A stretch of 40,070 bases of DNA from Betaproteobacteria bacterium. GTDB lineage: Bacteria > Pseudomonadota > Gammaproteobacteria > Burkholderiales > SG8-39. This document shows, in pieces, positions 26,816-37,576 of this stretch (positions within the stretch are counted from its first letter, which is position 1; every line of letters begins with the position of its first letter). Location: NCBI GenBank assembly GCA_016189945.1, contig JACPRN010000048.1:1-40070 (forward strand), given 5' to 3'. A program made the translations under genes and the position numbers. The notes below the pieces were generated by a model, which saw only the letters and a program-made list of their open reading frames with translations, was not told the DNA's origin and did not search any database.

Positions 26816-27997
26816 CTAGAGCACCACTTCGAAGAGGCCGGCGGCGCCCATGCCCCCGCCGACGCACATGGTGGCGACGACGTAGCGCACGCCGCGGCGC
26901 CGGCCCTCGATCAGCGCGTGGCCCACCAGCCGCGATCCGGATACGCCGTAGGGATGGCCGACGGCGATGGCGCCGCCGTTGACGTTCAGCCGCTCATCGG
27001 AAATGCCCAATTTGTCGCGGCAGTAGATGACCTGGACGGCAAAAGCCTCGTTCAGCTCCCACAGGCCGATGTCCTCGGTCCTGAGGCCAGTGCGCTCGAG
27101 GAGCTTCGGCACGGCAAACACCGGGCCGATGCCCATTTCGTCGGGCTCGCAGCCGGCGACCGCAAAGCCGCGAAAGATGCCCATCGGCTTCAGCCCTCTT
27201 CTGGATACAGCCTTCTCGCTCATCACCACGCAGGCCGAGGCGCCATCGGAGAACTGGCAGGCGTTGCCCGCGGCGATGACGCCGCCCTCGACTGCGGGCT
27301 TCAATTGAGCCACGGCCTCGTAGGTGGTGTCGGCGCGGATGCCCTCGTCCTGCTCGGCGCTCACCTCGCGCACGGTTTCGGTGCCGCTCGCCTTGTCGGT
27401 CACCTTCATCTTGACCGTGATCGGCGCGATCTCGTCGCGAAACAGGCCGGCGGCCTGGGCAGCGGCCGCGCGCTGCTGGCTCTGCACGCCGTAGCGGTCC
27501 TGCGCTTCGCGGCCGATGTTGTAGCGCTTGGCGACCATTTCGGCCGTCTGCAGCATCGGCCAATAGATCGAGGGCTTGTGGCGGTGCAGCCACTCGTCCT
27601 GCGCCATGTGCTTGTTCATCTCGTTCTGCACGCAGGAAATCGATTCCACGCCGCCGGCGACATAGATCTCGCCTTCGCCGGCGATGACGCGCTGCGCGGC
27701 GAGCGCGATCGCCTGCAGGCCGGAGGAGCAAAAGCGGTTGACCGTCAATCCCGCCGTGGTGACGGGGCAGCCGGCGCGAAGAGCGATCTGGCGGGCGATA
27801 TTGGAGCCGGTCGCGCCTTCGGGGACGGCGCAGCCCATGATCACGTCCTCCACTTCCTGCGGCTCGAGGCGCGCCCGCTCATAGGCGTGCCTGACGGCGT
27901 GGCCGCCCATCTTGGCGCCGTGGGTCATGTTCAGCGCGCCGCGCCACGACTTGCACAGCGGCGTGCGCGCGGTGGATACGACGAGCGCATCAGTCAT
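26816..27997 (-). CDS. Acetyl-CoA C-acyltransferase (degradative thiolase, PimB-like)
   Basis: NRFCSSG nucleophile, [21 protein letters not shown] 27997 with SD GGAGGAGG. Confidence 0.95.
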   Translation of the reverse strand: MTDALVVSTARTPLCKSWRGALNMTHGAKMGGHAVRHAYERARLEPQEVEDVIMGCAVPEGATGSNIARQIALRAGCPVTTAGLTVNRFCSSGLQAIALAAQRVIAGEGEIYVAGGVESISCVQNEMNKHMAQDEWLHRHKPSIYWPMLQTAEMVAKRYNIGREAQDRYGVQSQQRAAAAQAAGLFRDEIAPITVKMKVTDKASGTETVREVSAEQDEGIRADTTYEAVAQLKPAVEGGVIAAGNACQFSDGASACVVMSEKAVSRRGLKPMGIFRGFAVAGCEPDEMGIGPVFAVPKLLERTGLRTEDIGLWELNEAFAVQVIYCRDKLGISDERLNVNGGAIAVGHPYGVSGSRLVGHALIEGRRRGVRYVVATMCVGGGMGAAGLFEVVL

Positions 27998-28059
27998 CGT
28001 TGCCTCCTCCGGATCGAATTCTGCAGATGGGTTGCGCGCCGAGCGGCCCGCGTCCGGCG

Positions 28060-30144
28060 TCAGTTGAACGTCTTGCCTTCGGCGGTCAGCTTCGCGAGCA
28101 GCGGCGCGGGCTCCCAGGCGGCGCCCTGATACCCCTTGCGGAAGCGCTCGATTGCGGCGAGCACGTTCGCCAGCCCGACGCTGTCGGCCCAGAACATGGG
28201 GCCGCCGCGGTAGGCCGGAAACCCGTATCCGGTGAGGTAGACCATGTCGATATCGGAGGCGCGCAGCGCAATGCCTTCGCCCAAGATATGCGCGCCCTCG
28301 TTGGCGAGGGCGTACAGGCAGCGCTGCAGGATTTCCTCGTCGCTGATTTTCCGCGGGGTGATGCCGATCTCCTTGCGGTAGTCCTCGATCAGCTTCTCCA
28401 CGACCGGGTCTGGAACCGGGGTGCGGCTCCCCGCTTCGTAGCGATACCAGCCCGATCCGGTCTTCTGGCCGAAGCGGCCCAGCTCGCAGATGCGGTCGGC
28501 GATCTTCGAGTACACGATGTGGGGCGATTCCACGTAGCGGCGCTTGCGCACGTACCAGCCGATGTCGTTTCCGGCGAGGTCGTACATGGTGAACGGACCC
28601 ATGGCCAGGCCCCATTTCTGCAGCACGCCGTCGATCTGCTGCGGCAGCGCCCCTTCATCGAGCATGAACAGGGCCTGGCGCACGTATTGCTCGAGCATGC
28701 GGTTGCCGATGAAGCCGTCGCATACGCCGGAGACCACGGAGACCTTGCGCAGCTTCTTCCCGAGTTTCATGGTCGTGGCGAGAACGTCCTTCGCGGTCTT
28801 CGCCGCGCGCACGACCTCGAGCAGCCGCATGACGTTGGCCGGGCTGAAGAAATGCGTGCCGATGACGTCCTGCGGGCGCTTGGTGAAAGCGGCGATCTGA
28901 TTCACGTCCAGCGTCGAGGTGTTGGTGGCGATGATGGCCCCCGGCTTCATCACCGCGTCCAGTTTCTCGAACACCGCCTTCTTCACCGCGATGTCCTCGA
29001 ACACGGCTTCGATCACGATGTCGGCGTCGCGCACGTCGTCGTAGGAGAGCGTGGTCTTGATCAGACCCATGCGGGAGTCGACCTCGGCCTGCGTCAGGCG
29101 GCCCTTCTTCATGGTGGCAGTGTAGTTCTTCAGGATCGTCGCCAGGCCGCGGTCGAGGGCCTCCTGCTTCGGCTCGAGCAGCGTCACCGGAATGCCGGCG
29201 TTGGCGAAATTCATGGCGATGCCGCCACCCATGGTGCCCGCGCCGATGATCGCCGCCTTGCGGATCTCGCGCGTGCGCGTGTCCTCGGGGACATCCGGAA
29301 TCCTGGCCGTCTGGCGCTCGGCAAAAAACATGTGCCGCATCGCCTTCGATTCGATCGTGTTGATGAGATGCTCGAAGCGCGCTCGCTCGAATTTCAGGCC
29401 CTCGTCGAAGGGTTTCGCGACCGCCGCCTCGACGCAGGCGATGATCTCCAGCGGCGCCGGAAAGCCGCGCGAGGTCTTCGCCGTCTCGGCGCGCGCGCGC
29501 TCGAAGAACTGCGTCGCGCCCTCCAGTTTCGCCGTCATGGCGCGGATGCGCCGCGCCCCTTTGCCCTGGGCGACGAGCTTGTTGGCGTAGTCCAGGGCGC
29601 CGGCGAGCAAATCGCCTTCGACGACTTCTTCGATCAGGCCGAGCGCCTTTCCTTTTTCGCTCGCGATCGGATTGCCGCTGAGCATCATCTGCAGGGCTTC
29701 TGCCACCGGGATGACGCGCGGCAGCCGCTGCGTGCCGCCGCCCCCGGGCAGGATTCCCAGTTTCACTTCCGGCAGCGCCAGGTTCGCCTTGGGCGAGGCC
29801 ACGCGGTAATGGCAGGCGAGCGCCAGTTCCAGCCCTCCGCCCAGGGCAAAGCCGCCGATCGCAGCCACCACCGGCTTGTGCATCCCGTCGAGCACGGCGA
29901 TGATTTCGTGCAGCGTGGGTTTGGCCGCGCTCTTCGGCGTATTGAACTCGCGGATGTCGGCACCGCCCGAGAAGGCCTTCGCCGAGCCGATCATCACTAC
30001 CGCCTTGACCGCCGCGTCCGATGATGCCTTGGCGAGGCTGTCGTAGATATGGGTGCGCAGCGCGTGTCCCAGACCGTTCACGGGCGGGTTGTCCATCACG
30101 ATCACCGCAACATCGCCCTGCACCGAATAGCTGCTCGCGCTCAT
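28060..30144 (-). CDS. Bifunctional enoyl-CoA hydratase / 3-hydroxyacyl-CoA dehydrogenase (PimF/FadB-like)
   Basis: [23 protein letters not shown]; [34 protein letters not shown] 30144. Confidence 0.95.
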   Translation of the reverse strand: MSASSYSVQGDVAVIVMDNPPVNGLGHALRTHIYDSLAKASSDAAVKAVVMIGSAKAFSGGADIREFNTPKSAAKPTLHEIIAVLDGMHKPVVAAIGGFALGGGLELALACHYRVASPKANLALPEVKLGILPGGGGTQRLPRVIPVAEALQMMLSGNPIASEKGKALGLIEEVVEGDLLAGALDYANKLVAQGKGARRIRAMTAKLEGATQFFERARAETAKTSRGFPAPLEIIACVEAAVAKPFDEGLKFERARFEHLINTIESKAMRHMFFAERQTARIPDVPEDTRTREIRKAAIIGAGTMGGGIAMNFANAGIPVTLLEPKQEALDRGLATILKNYTATMKKGRLTQAEVDSRMGLIKTTLSYDDVRDADIVIEAVFEDIAVKKAVFEKLDAVMKPGAIIATNTSTLDVNQIAAFTKRPQDVIGTHFFSPANVMRLLEVVRAAKTAKDVLATTMKLGKKLRKVSVVSGVCDGFIGNRMLEQYVRQALFMLDEGALPQQIDGVLQKWGLAMGPFTMYDLAGNDIGWYVRKRRYVESPHIVYSKIADRICELGRFGQKTGSGWYRYEAGSRTPVPDPVVEKLIEDYRKEIGITPRKISDEEILQRCLYALANEGAHILGEGIALRASDIDMVYLTGYGFPAYRGGPMFWADSVGLANVLAAIERFRKGYQGAAWEPAPLLAKLTAEGKTFN

Positions 30145-30319
30145 GGGAACTCCCTGCGGGATTTGCCGAGAAGACGGCAATTTTACTTCAGGAAGGCGCC
30201 GCCGTTGCTTTGGCGCTGCCTTGTTCTCCAGCGCCCGGAGCGGGCGCAGCCGCCCGGAGCGGGATGAGTTGCAGAGGATGCCCTATACTGGATTCGCTTC
30301 CTTACGTTCGGAGGAGACT

Positions 30320-31969
30320 ATGTTGCGCGCTCTCATGATGGACCAGCCGCTTCTGATTTCGGCGCTGTTCGAGCACGCGGCGCGGTGCCACGGGGACACC
30401 GAGATCGTTTCGCGCACCATCGAGGGGCCGGCAGCCGACGGCTCGGGCGGCATGCACCGCTACACCTATGCGCAGTCCGAAGTGCGCGCCAAGAAACTGG
30501 CGCAGGCGCTATCGAGGCTGGGCGTGCGCGAGGGCGAGCGGATCGGCACTTTCGCCTGGAACGGATACCGGCATTTCGAGCTCTACTACGGCGTCTCGGG
30601 CATGGGGGCGGTGATACACACCGTCAACCCGCGGCTGTTCCCCGAGCAGCTCACCTATATCGTCAACCATGCAGAGGATGCCTACGTCTTTTTCGATCTG
30701 ACGTTTGCTTCCCTCATCGAGCAGCTCGCGCCCGCCTGCAAGGGGGTCAAGGCGTGGGTGGCGATGACCGATCCGGGCCACATGCCGGGCAATTCGATAC
30801 CGAACCTGCTTTGCTACGAAGAACTGCTCGGCGCCGAGGACGGCCGTTACGATTGGCCGCGGCTGGACGAGAACTCGGCGTCGGGACTTTGCTACTCCTC
30901 AGGCACCACCGGCCACCCCAAGGGCGTGCTGTTCGCGCACCGCTCGACGGTTCTGCACGCCTATGGGGCCTCGCTCCCGGACGTGTTCAACTGCTCGGCG
31001 CGCTCGGTGATGCTTCCGGTGGTGCCGATGTTCCACGTGAACGCCTGGGGCGTTCCCTACATGGCGACGCTGAACGGCGCGAAGCTCGTCCTTCCCGGGG
31101 CGGCGCTCGACGGCAGGAGCCTGTACGAGCTGTTCGATGCCGAGGGCGTGACCACCACCGCCGGAGTGCCCACGGTGTGGCTCGGGCTGCTCGCGTACAT
31201 GCGCGAGAACAAGCTCAAGTTCAGCACCCTGAAGACGGCGATCGTCGGCGGATCGGCCTGCCCGCCGGCGATGATCGCCGAGTTCAGGGACGACTACGGC
31301 GTCGCCTGCCAGCATGCCTGGGGAATGACCGAGATGAGCCCGCTCGGCACCGTATGCACGCTCAAGGGCAAGCATCTGGCGCTGCCGCGGGAGAAGCAGT
31401 TCGAGGTCCAGGTCAAGCAGGGGCGCCCGATCTACGGTGTGCAGATGAAGATCGTCGACGGCGAAGGCCGGGAATTGCCGCGCGACGGCAAGGCCTTCGG
31501 CGACCTCATGGTGCGCGGGCCGTGGGTGCTGGGCGAGTATTTCAAGGGCGAGGGCGGAGACCCCTTGCGCGAAGGGTGGTTTCCGACCGGCGATGTGGCG
31601 AGCATCGATCCCGACGGCTATATGCAGATCACCGACCGCTCCAAGGACGTGATCAAATCGGGCGGTGAGTGGATCAGCTCGATCGAGCTGGAGAACATCG
31701 CGGTCGCGCACCCGGGGATCACCGAGGCCGCGGTGATCGGCGTGCCGCACCCCAAATGGGACGAGCGGCCGCTCGTGGTGGCGGTGAAAAAGGCCGGCAC
31801 CGCCGTCACGCGCGAGGAACTGCTCGCGTATTATCAGGGAAAGGTCGCCAAGTGGTGGATTCCCGATGACGTTGTTTTCGTCGGCGATCTCCCGCACACG
31901 GCGACCGGGAAGCTGCTGAAGTCGGAGCTGAGAAAGACCTTCAGGGACCACCGGCTTCCGGGAACTTGA
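30320..31969 (+). CDS. Acyl-CoA synthetase (medium/long-chain; DmdB-like)
   Basis: [43 protein letters not shown] 30320 with SD GGAGGAG. Confidence 0.94.
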   Translation: MLRALMMDQPLLISALFEHAARCHGDTEIVSRTIEGPAADGSGGMHRYTYAQSEVRAKKLAQALSRLGVREGERIGTFAWNGYRHFELYYGVSGMGAVIHTVNPRLFPEQLTYIVNHAEDAYVFFDLTFASLIEQLAPACKGVKAWVAMTDPGHMPGNSIPNLLCYEELLGAEDGRYDWPRLDENSASGLCYSSGTTGHPKGVLFAHRSTVLHAYGASLPDVFNCSARSVMLPVVPMFHVNAWGVPYMATLNGAKLVLPGAALDGRSLYELFDAEGVTTTAGVPTVWLGLLAYMRENKLKFSTLKTAIVGGSACPPAMIAEFRDDYGVACQHAWGMTEMSPLGTVCTLKGKHLALPREKQFEVQVKQGRPIYGVQMKIVDGEGRELPRDGKAFGDLMVRGPWVLGEYFKGEGGDPLREGWFPTGDVASIDPDGYMQITDRSKDVIKSGGEWISSIELENIAVAHPGITEAAVIGVPHPKWDERPLVVAVKKAGTAVTREELLAYYQGKVAKWWIPDDVVFVGDLPHTATGKLLKSELRKTFRDHRLPGT

Positions 31970-31998
31970 TTGCCGGACGCGAGCCAGCAGAGGAAACC

Positions 31999-32763
31999 AT
32001 GGAACAAGTCCGCATCGAGCAAAGCGACGGCGTATTGCGCATCGAGCTCAATCGTCCGGAGAAGAAAAACGCCATCACGCTCGCCATGTACCAGGCGCTC
32101 GCCGATGCGCTCGGTAGCGCCCAGTCGGACGCTCGGGGGCGCGTGGTGCTCGTGCACGGGCAACCCGAGGCCTTCACCGCCGGCAACGACCTGCGGGATT
32201 TCCTCGCCAACCCGCCGCGCGACGAATCGCACCCGGTGTTCCTGTTTCTGCGCGCGCTCCGCGATTTCGACAAACCCATCGTCGCGGCGGTGAGCGGGCC
32301 GGCGGTGGGCATAGGAACCACCATGCTCCTGCATTGCGACCTGGTGTACGCGGCGTCGGATGCCCGCTTCGCCCTGCCGTTCGTGAATCTGGCGCTGTGT
32401 CCCGAGGCGGGTTCGAGCTACCTGCTCGCGCGCCTCGCCGGCTATCCGCGCGCGGCCGAACTGCTGCTCTTGGGCGAGCCGTTTTCGGCCGAGCGCGCTC
32501 TCGAAATCGGGCTGGTGAATGCGATCGTGCCGCCCGCGCAGCTGCTCGATACGGCTGCCGCGATGGCGCGAAGACTGGCGCAGAAACCGCCGGATTCGCT
32601 GCGGGTGACCAAGTCGCTCATGAGACGCGCGCTGATGCCGGGAATCGAGCAGGCCATGGCGGCGGAGAATCTCGCCTTTCGCGAGCGGCTCGGTTCCGCG
32701 GAAGCCAAGGAGGCGATGAGCGCTTTTCTGGAGAAACGCCCGCCGCAGTTCTCCAAAGGATAA
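31999..32763 (+). CDS. Enoyl-CoA hydratase/isomerase (crotonase family)
   Basis: NRPEKKNA, FTAGNDL, AVGIGTT, CPEAGSS. ATG 31999. Confidence 0.92.
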   Translation: MEQVRIEQSDGVLRIELNRPEKKNAITLAMYQALADALGSAQSDARGRVVLVHGQPEAFTAGNDLRDFLANPPRDESHPVFLFLRALRDFDKPIVAAVSGPAVGIGTTMLLHCDLVYAASDARFALPFVNLALCPEAGSSYLLARLAGYPRAAELLLLGEPFSAERALEIGLVNAIVPPAQLLDTAAAMARRLAQKPPDSLRVTKSLMRRALMPGIEQAMAAENLAFRERLGSAEAKEAMSAFLEKRPPQFSKG

Positions 32764-32788
32764 GAGAGCGCTAGGGAGGGGACATACC

Positions 32789-34744
32789 ATGAACAGCGTA
32801 TTGAGCAATCTGGACATGAGCGGGAATCTGCTCAGCGCCAAGCGCGCCGCGGTGAAGGTTTCCCTTCTTTATGTCGCGCTCGTCTGCTCGTGGGTCCTGC
32901 TGCAGAGCGGGATTCCGATGGCCCTGTTCATCGACTACCGGATCGAGCCGTTCACCTGGCAACAGCTATTCGTGGGATGGTTCTTCATCATCGCGACGGG
33001 CTGGCTGCTGTTCCTGCTGATGAGCCGGGGGCTGAACATGATCGCGGCCGGACAAGAGGCGCTCAAGCTGCGCGAGCGGGCGATCGAGTCGAGCACCAAT
33101 GCCATACTGATTTGCGAAAACCGGCAGCCCGATCTGCCGATCACCTACGTCAACCCGGCCTTCGAACGCATCACCGGTTATTCCCGCGCGGAGGCGCTCG
33201 GCCGCAATCCGCGTTTTCTCCACGCGGCCGACGTCGATCAACCGGAGCTCGACGCCCTGCGTCTGGCGATCAAGGAGCAGCGCGACTGCCACGCGGTGCT
33301 GCGCAGCTACCGCCAGGACGGAGCCATGTACTGGAACGACATGTACCTCGCCCCGGTCAAGAACGACAAGTTCGCGGTGACGCATTACGTCGCGGTCCTG
33401 AACGACATCACGGAAATCCGCAAATACCAGGATGAGCTGGCGCGGCGCGCGAACTTCGATTCCCTGACGGACCTGCCCAACCGCAATCTGCTTTCCGACC
33501 GCGCCGCGGGAGCGCTGTCGCGTGCCAAGCGCTACGGCCATGGAATGGCGATCGCGTTCATCGACCTGGACAACTTCAGGATCATCAACGACAGCCTTGG
33601 GCGCACGGTGGGCGACACCATGCTGCGCCTGGTCGGGGAAAGGCTCGCGTCCTGCCTGCGCGAAGTGGACACGGTGGCCCATGTCGGAGGTGACGAGTTC
33701 GTGCTCGTGCTCGGCGAGCAGGACGACGAGAAGGTCATTTCCAGCCAGTTGCAACGCATCATGAAAGTGTTCTCCACGCCGGTTTCGCTGGGAGACCGCG
33801 AGCTGTTCGTGACCGCGAGCGTGGGCTTGTCGGCGTATCCGGACGACGGCGACAAGGTCGAATCCCTGCTGCAGAACGCCGAAGTGGCCATGTACCGCGC
33901 CAAGGACGTCGGACGCAACAACTTCCAGTTCTACAAATCGGAGATGACCGCCGGCGTGCATGAACGCCTCGCCCTGGAAAGCTGGCTGCGCCGCGCCCAG
34001 GACCGCAACGAGCTGCTGCTGCATTACCAGCCGCAGGTGGATCTGCGCACCGGGCGGATCATCGGCGTGGAGGCGTTGATCCGCTGGAAGCATCCGAAAA
34101 TGGGACTGGTGCCTCCGGCGAAGTTCATTCCCCTGGCGGAGCAGACCGGAATCATCGTTCCGATCGGCAAATGGGTCCTGCGCACCGCGTGCGCGCAGAA
34201 CAAGGCCTGGCAGGAAGCAGGCCTGCCCCCGATCAACATCGCGGTGAACATATCGGCGCGGCAATTCAGGGAGAAGGGCCTGGTCAGTTCGATCGCCGAG
34301 ATTCTCGGCGAGACGCGGCTCGCGCCGCAGTATCTCGAGCTGGAGGTCACCGAGGGCGTGATCATGCAGGATGTCGACGAGGTGGTCGACGTCCTGAACC
34401 GCCTGAAGGCAATGGGGGTGAAGCTCTCGGTCGACGATTTCGGGACCGGCTATTCCTCGCTCAGCTATCTGAAGCGCTTTCCGGTCGATCGACTGAAGAT
34501 CGATCAGTCGTTCATCCGCGACATCACCACCAACGCGGGGGACGCCGCCATCGCGCGGGCGGTGATCAATCTCGGCCATGAGCTGAACCTCAGAGTAATT
34601 GCGGAAGGCGTGGAAACGGAGGAACAACTGCAATACCTCCGTACCCATGAATGCGACGAGAAACAAGGGTTCCTGTTCAGCCGGCCGTTGCCCGCTGAGG
34701 ACTTCGAAAGACTCCTGCGAGACGGACGGACTCTGGTTGCGTGA
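32789..34744 (+). CDS. Membrane-anchored PAS-GGDEF-EAL c-di-GMP protein
   Basis: Two N-terminal TM helices, PAS (YVNPAFERITGY), RxxD + GGDEF, EAL, DDFGTGYSS, EGVE. Confidence 0.94.
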   Translation: MNSVLSNLDMSGNLLSAKRAAVKVSLLYVALVCSWVLLQSGIPMALFIDYRIEPFTWQQLFVGWFFIIATGWLLFLLMSRGLNMIAAGQEALKLRERAIESSTNAILICENRQPDLPITYVNPAFERITGYSRAEALGRNPRFLHAADVDQPELDALRLAIKEQRDCHAVLRSYRQDGAMYWNDMYLAPVKNDKFAVTHYVAVLNDITEIRKYQDELARRANFDSLTDLPNRNLLSDRAAGALSRAKRYGHGMAIAFIDLDNFRIINDSLGRTVGDTMLRLVGERLASCLREVDTVAHVGGDEFVLVLGEQDDEKVISSQLQRIMKVFSTPVSLGDRELFVTASVGLSAYPDDGDKVESLLQNAEVAMYRAKDVGRNNFQFYKSEMTAGVHERLALESWLRRAQDRNELLLHYQPQVDLRTGRIIGVEALIRWKHPKMGLVPPAKFIPLAEQTGIIVPIGKWVLRTACAQNKAWQEAGLPPINIAVNISARQFREKGLVSSIAEILGETRLAPQYLELEVTEGVIMQDVDEVVDVLNRLKAMGVKLSVDDFGTGYSSLSYLKRFPVDRLKIDQSFIRDITTNAGDAAIARAVINLGHELNLRVIAEGVETEEQLQYLRTHECDEKQGFLFSRPLPAEDFERLLRDGRTLVA

Positions 34745-34805
34745 GCGGACAACCCGGCCGCACAGCGCCAGAACGGTCGGAGATGCGCGCTCGAAGCGCG
34801 AACCC

Positions 34806-34988
34806 CTATTCGGACATCCAGACCAGCAGCATCACCAGCCCGGTAACGAATAGCGTGAGCCAGAACAGGCCCCAGATGCGCCGGCTGTCGGTGCGGGTAA
34901 ATCCCTCTCTTTTCTTCTTGGCGATGATGATTTCGATGACAATGAGAGCCATCCCCAAGGCAAACGTGATCCCGCCCCATTTATACAC
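34806..34988 (-). CDS. Small two-TM membrane protein of unknown function, 60 aa
   Basis: GTG start behind SD GGAGG; two hydrophobic helices joined by a basic loop (KKKREG..RR). Confidence 0.7.
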   Translation of the reverse strand: MYKWGGITFALGMALIVIEIIIAKKKREGFTRTDSRRIWGLFWLTLFVTGLVMLLVWMSE

Positions 34989-35195
34989 GTTGCATCCTCC
35001 CTGCTGCCGCGCCCGGCTTTGCGGTGGAGCCTACTGCCGGGCGCGAGCGATTGTCAATTCCACGCGACGCGCAAGCACAGGTCCCGCCCCTGGCGCAGCC
35101 GCCCGAGGAACATCTGGCGCGCGTGCGTCAAGACTGGAAGAAAATACGGGTTTCCCGACTGACGGGGCGGCAGCAGCAGGCTGTTTTGCCGCAAC

Positions 35196-36038
35196 CTATG
35201 CGCGGTGCAGTCTATAGGTCACCGTCACCCGCTCGGCCGCGTAGAAATCGGGCAGGAAATCTTCCTGGCTTGCATAGGCTCGGTCCGCCACCAGCCTGCC
35301 GGGAAACGAGACAACGAGGGAGTCGACGTCAAAAGGGTACGGCCTGACGACGGCGTTGCTCTCGTCCCGCACATCGACACGCATGATCGCGTCCCCGCAC
35401 CCCGCCGCAACGGGCACGGGCGTCCCGCTTAACTCGTGGGTGGGGCCGTTCTTTCGCTCTTTGCTGTTGAAGGGGTAGCGGTTGCAGAGGAATTGCGCGA
35501 GCTGATCGAACGCTTCCATGTACTTGAAGTTTGTCCAGAGTCGATCTTCCGAAATGTCGAATTGGCATTCCGGGCGACTGCGCATCGCCTCCATCAACTT
35601 CGCGCGGTAGGCCTTCTGTTCCCGAATGAACTCCTGGACATTCGGATGGATGGTGTAATCCGGCATGTTGGGCAGAAGCCCCAATCCCCTGCTGAGCAGT
35701 CCCTCGCTGTGCATGGAAACAATGCAGCCGGCGTACGGATCCCGCTCGGCGACGCGCCGAACGCCGTGGCGCATGAAATCCAGCCAGGTATCTTCCCCCA
35801 GCGTGCGCATGCCCCCGATGTAGTCGTGCGGGCGTCCGTGGCCATCCAGAGTCGGCCTGATTTCCCAGTCCCACCACCCGCCGTCGTGTTCCTGGGCCGC
35901 CAGCACCATCGAGACATAAGGCTCGGGCCGGGCGAATTCCCGGTTTCCCCAATGCGCGGCTAGGAGACCCGCGATCCTCGAATGGTCAATCTGCAGGACC
36001 AGGAGCAGTCGTGATTCATCGTAGCGATTTACCATCAT
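35196..36038 (-). CDS. DUF3891-family protein
   Basis: QIDHSRIAGLLAAHWGN, EHDGGW, VSMH and PYPF pattern recalled for DUF3891. ATG 36038. Confidence 0.75.
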   Translation of the reverse strand: MMVNRYDESRLLLVLQIDHSRIAGLLAAHWGNREFARPEPYVSMVLAAQEHDGGWWDWEIRPTLDGHGRPHDYIGGMRTLGEDTWLDFMRHGVRRVAERDPYAGCIVSMHSEGLLSRGLGLLPNMPDYTIHPNVQEFIREQKAYRAKLMEAMRSRPECQFDISEDRLWTNFKYMEAFDQLAQFLCNRYPFNSKERKNGPTHELSGTPVPVAAGCGDAIMRVDVRDESNAVVRPYPFDVDSLVVSFPGRLVADRAYASQEDFLPDFYAAERVTVTYRLHRA

Positions 36039-36094
36039 GATGGTCGCACGCCGGCAATACCGGCCGCCCGGCAAGGTAGCCTAATAATGGACAG

Positions 36095-37096
36095 CTACTT
36101 GAACCGAATGTTGCGTTCCTTCACCAACTGCGACCGCTTTTCGGTTTCCGCGAGCAGCACCCGCGAGGCTTCCTCGGAGCTGTTGCCGACCGCCACGGTA
36201 CCGGTAGCTTCCATCTTCGACAGCACGTCCTGAAACGAAAGCACACGCCGAAGATCCGCGTTAACCCGGGTCACGATTTCAGCGGGCGTCCTGGAAGGCG
36301 CCAGGACGACCGACCAGGTAGCGGCGGAGAATCTTGGCACGCCTGCTTCGGCGAGCGTGGGGATCTCGGGCTGCAGCTTGTACCGCTGCACGGCGGCCAC
36401 CGCGAGCGCGCGAACCCTGCCGGCTTTCATCTGTCCCATACCGCTCCCGATATCGACGAAGCAGAACTGGGTTTCGCCGGCAGCGGTGGCGGCGGCGGCA
36501 AGAACGCCCCCCTTGTAGTTGATATCGGCGTAGTCGACGTTCGCCAGGGACTTGAACAGCTCCGAGACGAGCATGGTGCTTGCGCTGTTGGAGGCGTGGT
36601 TCAGCTTTCCCGGATTCGCGCGCAGGTGCGCGAGCAACTGCTGCACCGAATTGGCGGGGACGGAGTTATTGACCAGCAGCACGAACGCATATTCGGTCAA
36701 CAGGGTTATCGGCACGAAATCGCGCGCCGGCCTGTAGGGCAGATCGGGAAACACGATGGGGTTTATCGTGAGAGCCGCGCTCGCCGTGAGCAGCAGCGTA
36801 TGGCCGTCCGGCGGCGACTTGGCCACAAAATCCGTTCCGATGATGAAATTCGCCCCAGGCTTGTTTTCGACCAGCACCGGCTGATTCCAGAGTTCCGTGA
36901 GCTTTCCGGCTGCGATGCGAGCGACCAGGTCAAGACCTCCACCCGGTGCTGCGGGAACGATGAATCGCACCGGTTTTGCCGGGTAAGTTTGCGCCGAGAT
37001 CGTGACCGGCGCCGCGGCAGCAGCCAGCACGGACAACGAGAACGCAACCAGCCTCACGCTTCGCGCAAGAGCGCATGAAACAAGAGCGAATTCCAT
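36095..37096 (-). CDS. Bug/TctC substrate-binding protein
   Basis: AQTYPAKPVRFIVP..PGGGLD, ENKPGA, PDGHTL, YKGG, PEIPTLAEAG; SD GGAGGAG. Confidence 0.93.
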   Translation of the reverse strand: MEFALVSCALARSVRLVAFSLSVLAAAAAPVTISAQTYPAKPVRFIVPAAPGGGLDLVARIAAGKLTELWNQPVLVENKPGANFIIGTDFVAKSPPDGHTLLLTASAALTINPIVFPDLPYRPARDFVPITLLTEYAFVLLVNNSVPANSVQQLLAHLRANPGKLNHASNSASTMLVSELFKSLANVDYADINYKGGVLAAAATAAGETQFCFVDIGSGMGQMKAGRVRALAVAAVQRYKLQPEIPTLAEAGVPRFSAATWSVVLAPSRTPAEIVTRVNADLRRVLSFQDVLSKMEATGTVAVGNSSEEASRVLLAETEKRSQLVKERNIRFK

Positions 37097-37130
37097 GGTC
37101 CTCTCCTCCTTGAAAATGGCGCGTCCGGAT

Positions 37131-37322
37131 CTATTCCGTTTTCGCCGCCGCGGCCACCGCCTTTACGATGCCATCGTAGCCCGTGCAACGGCAGATGACC
37201 GCGGACATCGCCGCGCGAATCTGTTCTTCCGTCGGACGCTCGACGGTATTGAGGAAGTCGAGCGCCGTCATCAGCATGCCCGGGGTGCAGAAACCGCACT
37301 GCAGCCCGTGGTGATCGTGGAA
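37131..37322 (-). pseudogene. C-terminal 63 aa of a CoxS-like [2Fe-2S] small subunit; N-terminus missing
   Basis: FHDHHGLQCGFCTPGM..ICRCTGY present. The first Fe-S domain and a proper start are absent. Confidence 0.85.
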
Positions 37323-37476
37323 TGAGCACCGCGGGAGCGAGGAGGCGGAAGTTGAGCATCGGAATGAGACTCTGGCCGCCGGCGAGGACCCGGGCATTTC
37401 CCTTGTGGCGTTGGAGCAATTGAACGGCTTCATCCAACGTGCCCGGTGCGTGATAAGCGAATTTGGGAGGCTTCAA
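37321..37476 (-). pseudogene. N-terminal 52 aa of a CoxM-like FAD-binding medium subunit; truncated
   Basis: TTG start with SD AGGAGGAG; MKPPKFAYHAP..LAGGQSLIPMLNFRL..PAVLI, then recognisable similarity stops abruptly. Confidence 0.85.
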
Positions 37477-37576
37477 GCGGGACGCTCCTCCTTTTGAGCC
37501 GATTGATTGTATGGTATACGCAAGAAATCATGCTAGTTATACTTCAAGAGACTTGTGCATGAGAGGGGCTGCGAGA

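Noticed and set aside
33200-33223. Canonical blue-light LOV photoreceptor
   Set aside because: The adduct-forming Cys is replaced by Pro and other flavin-contact residues differ; kept only as a LOV-like variant.
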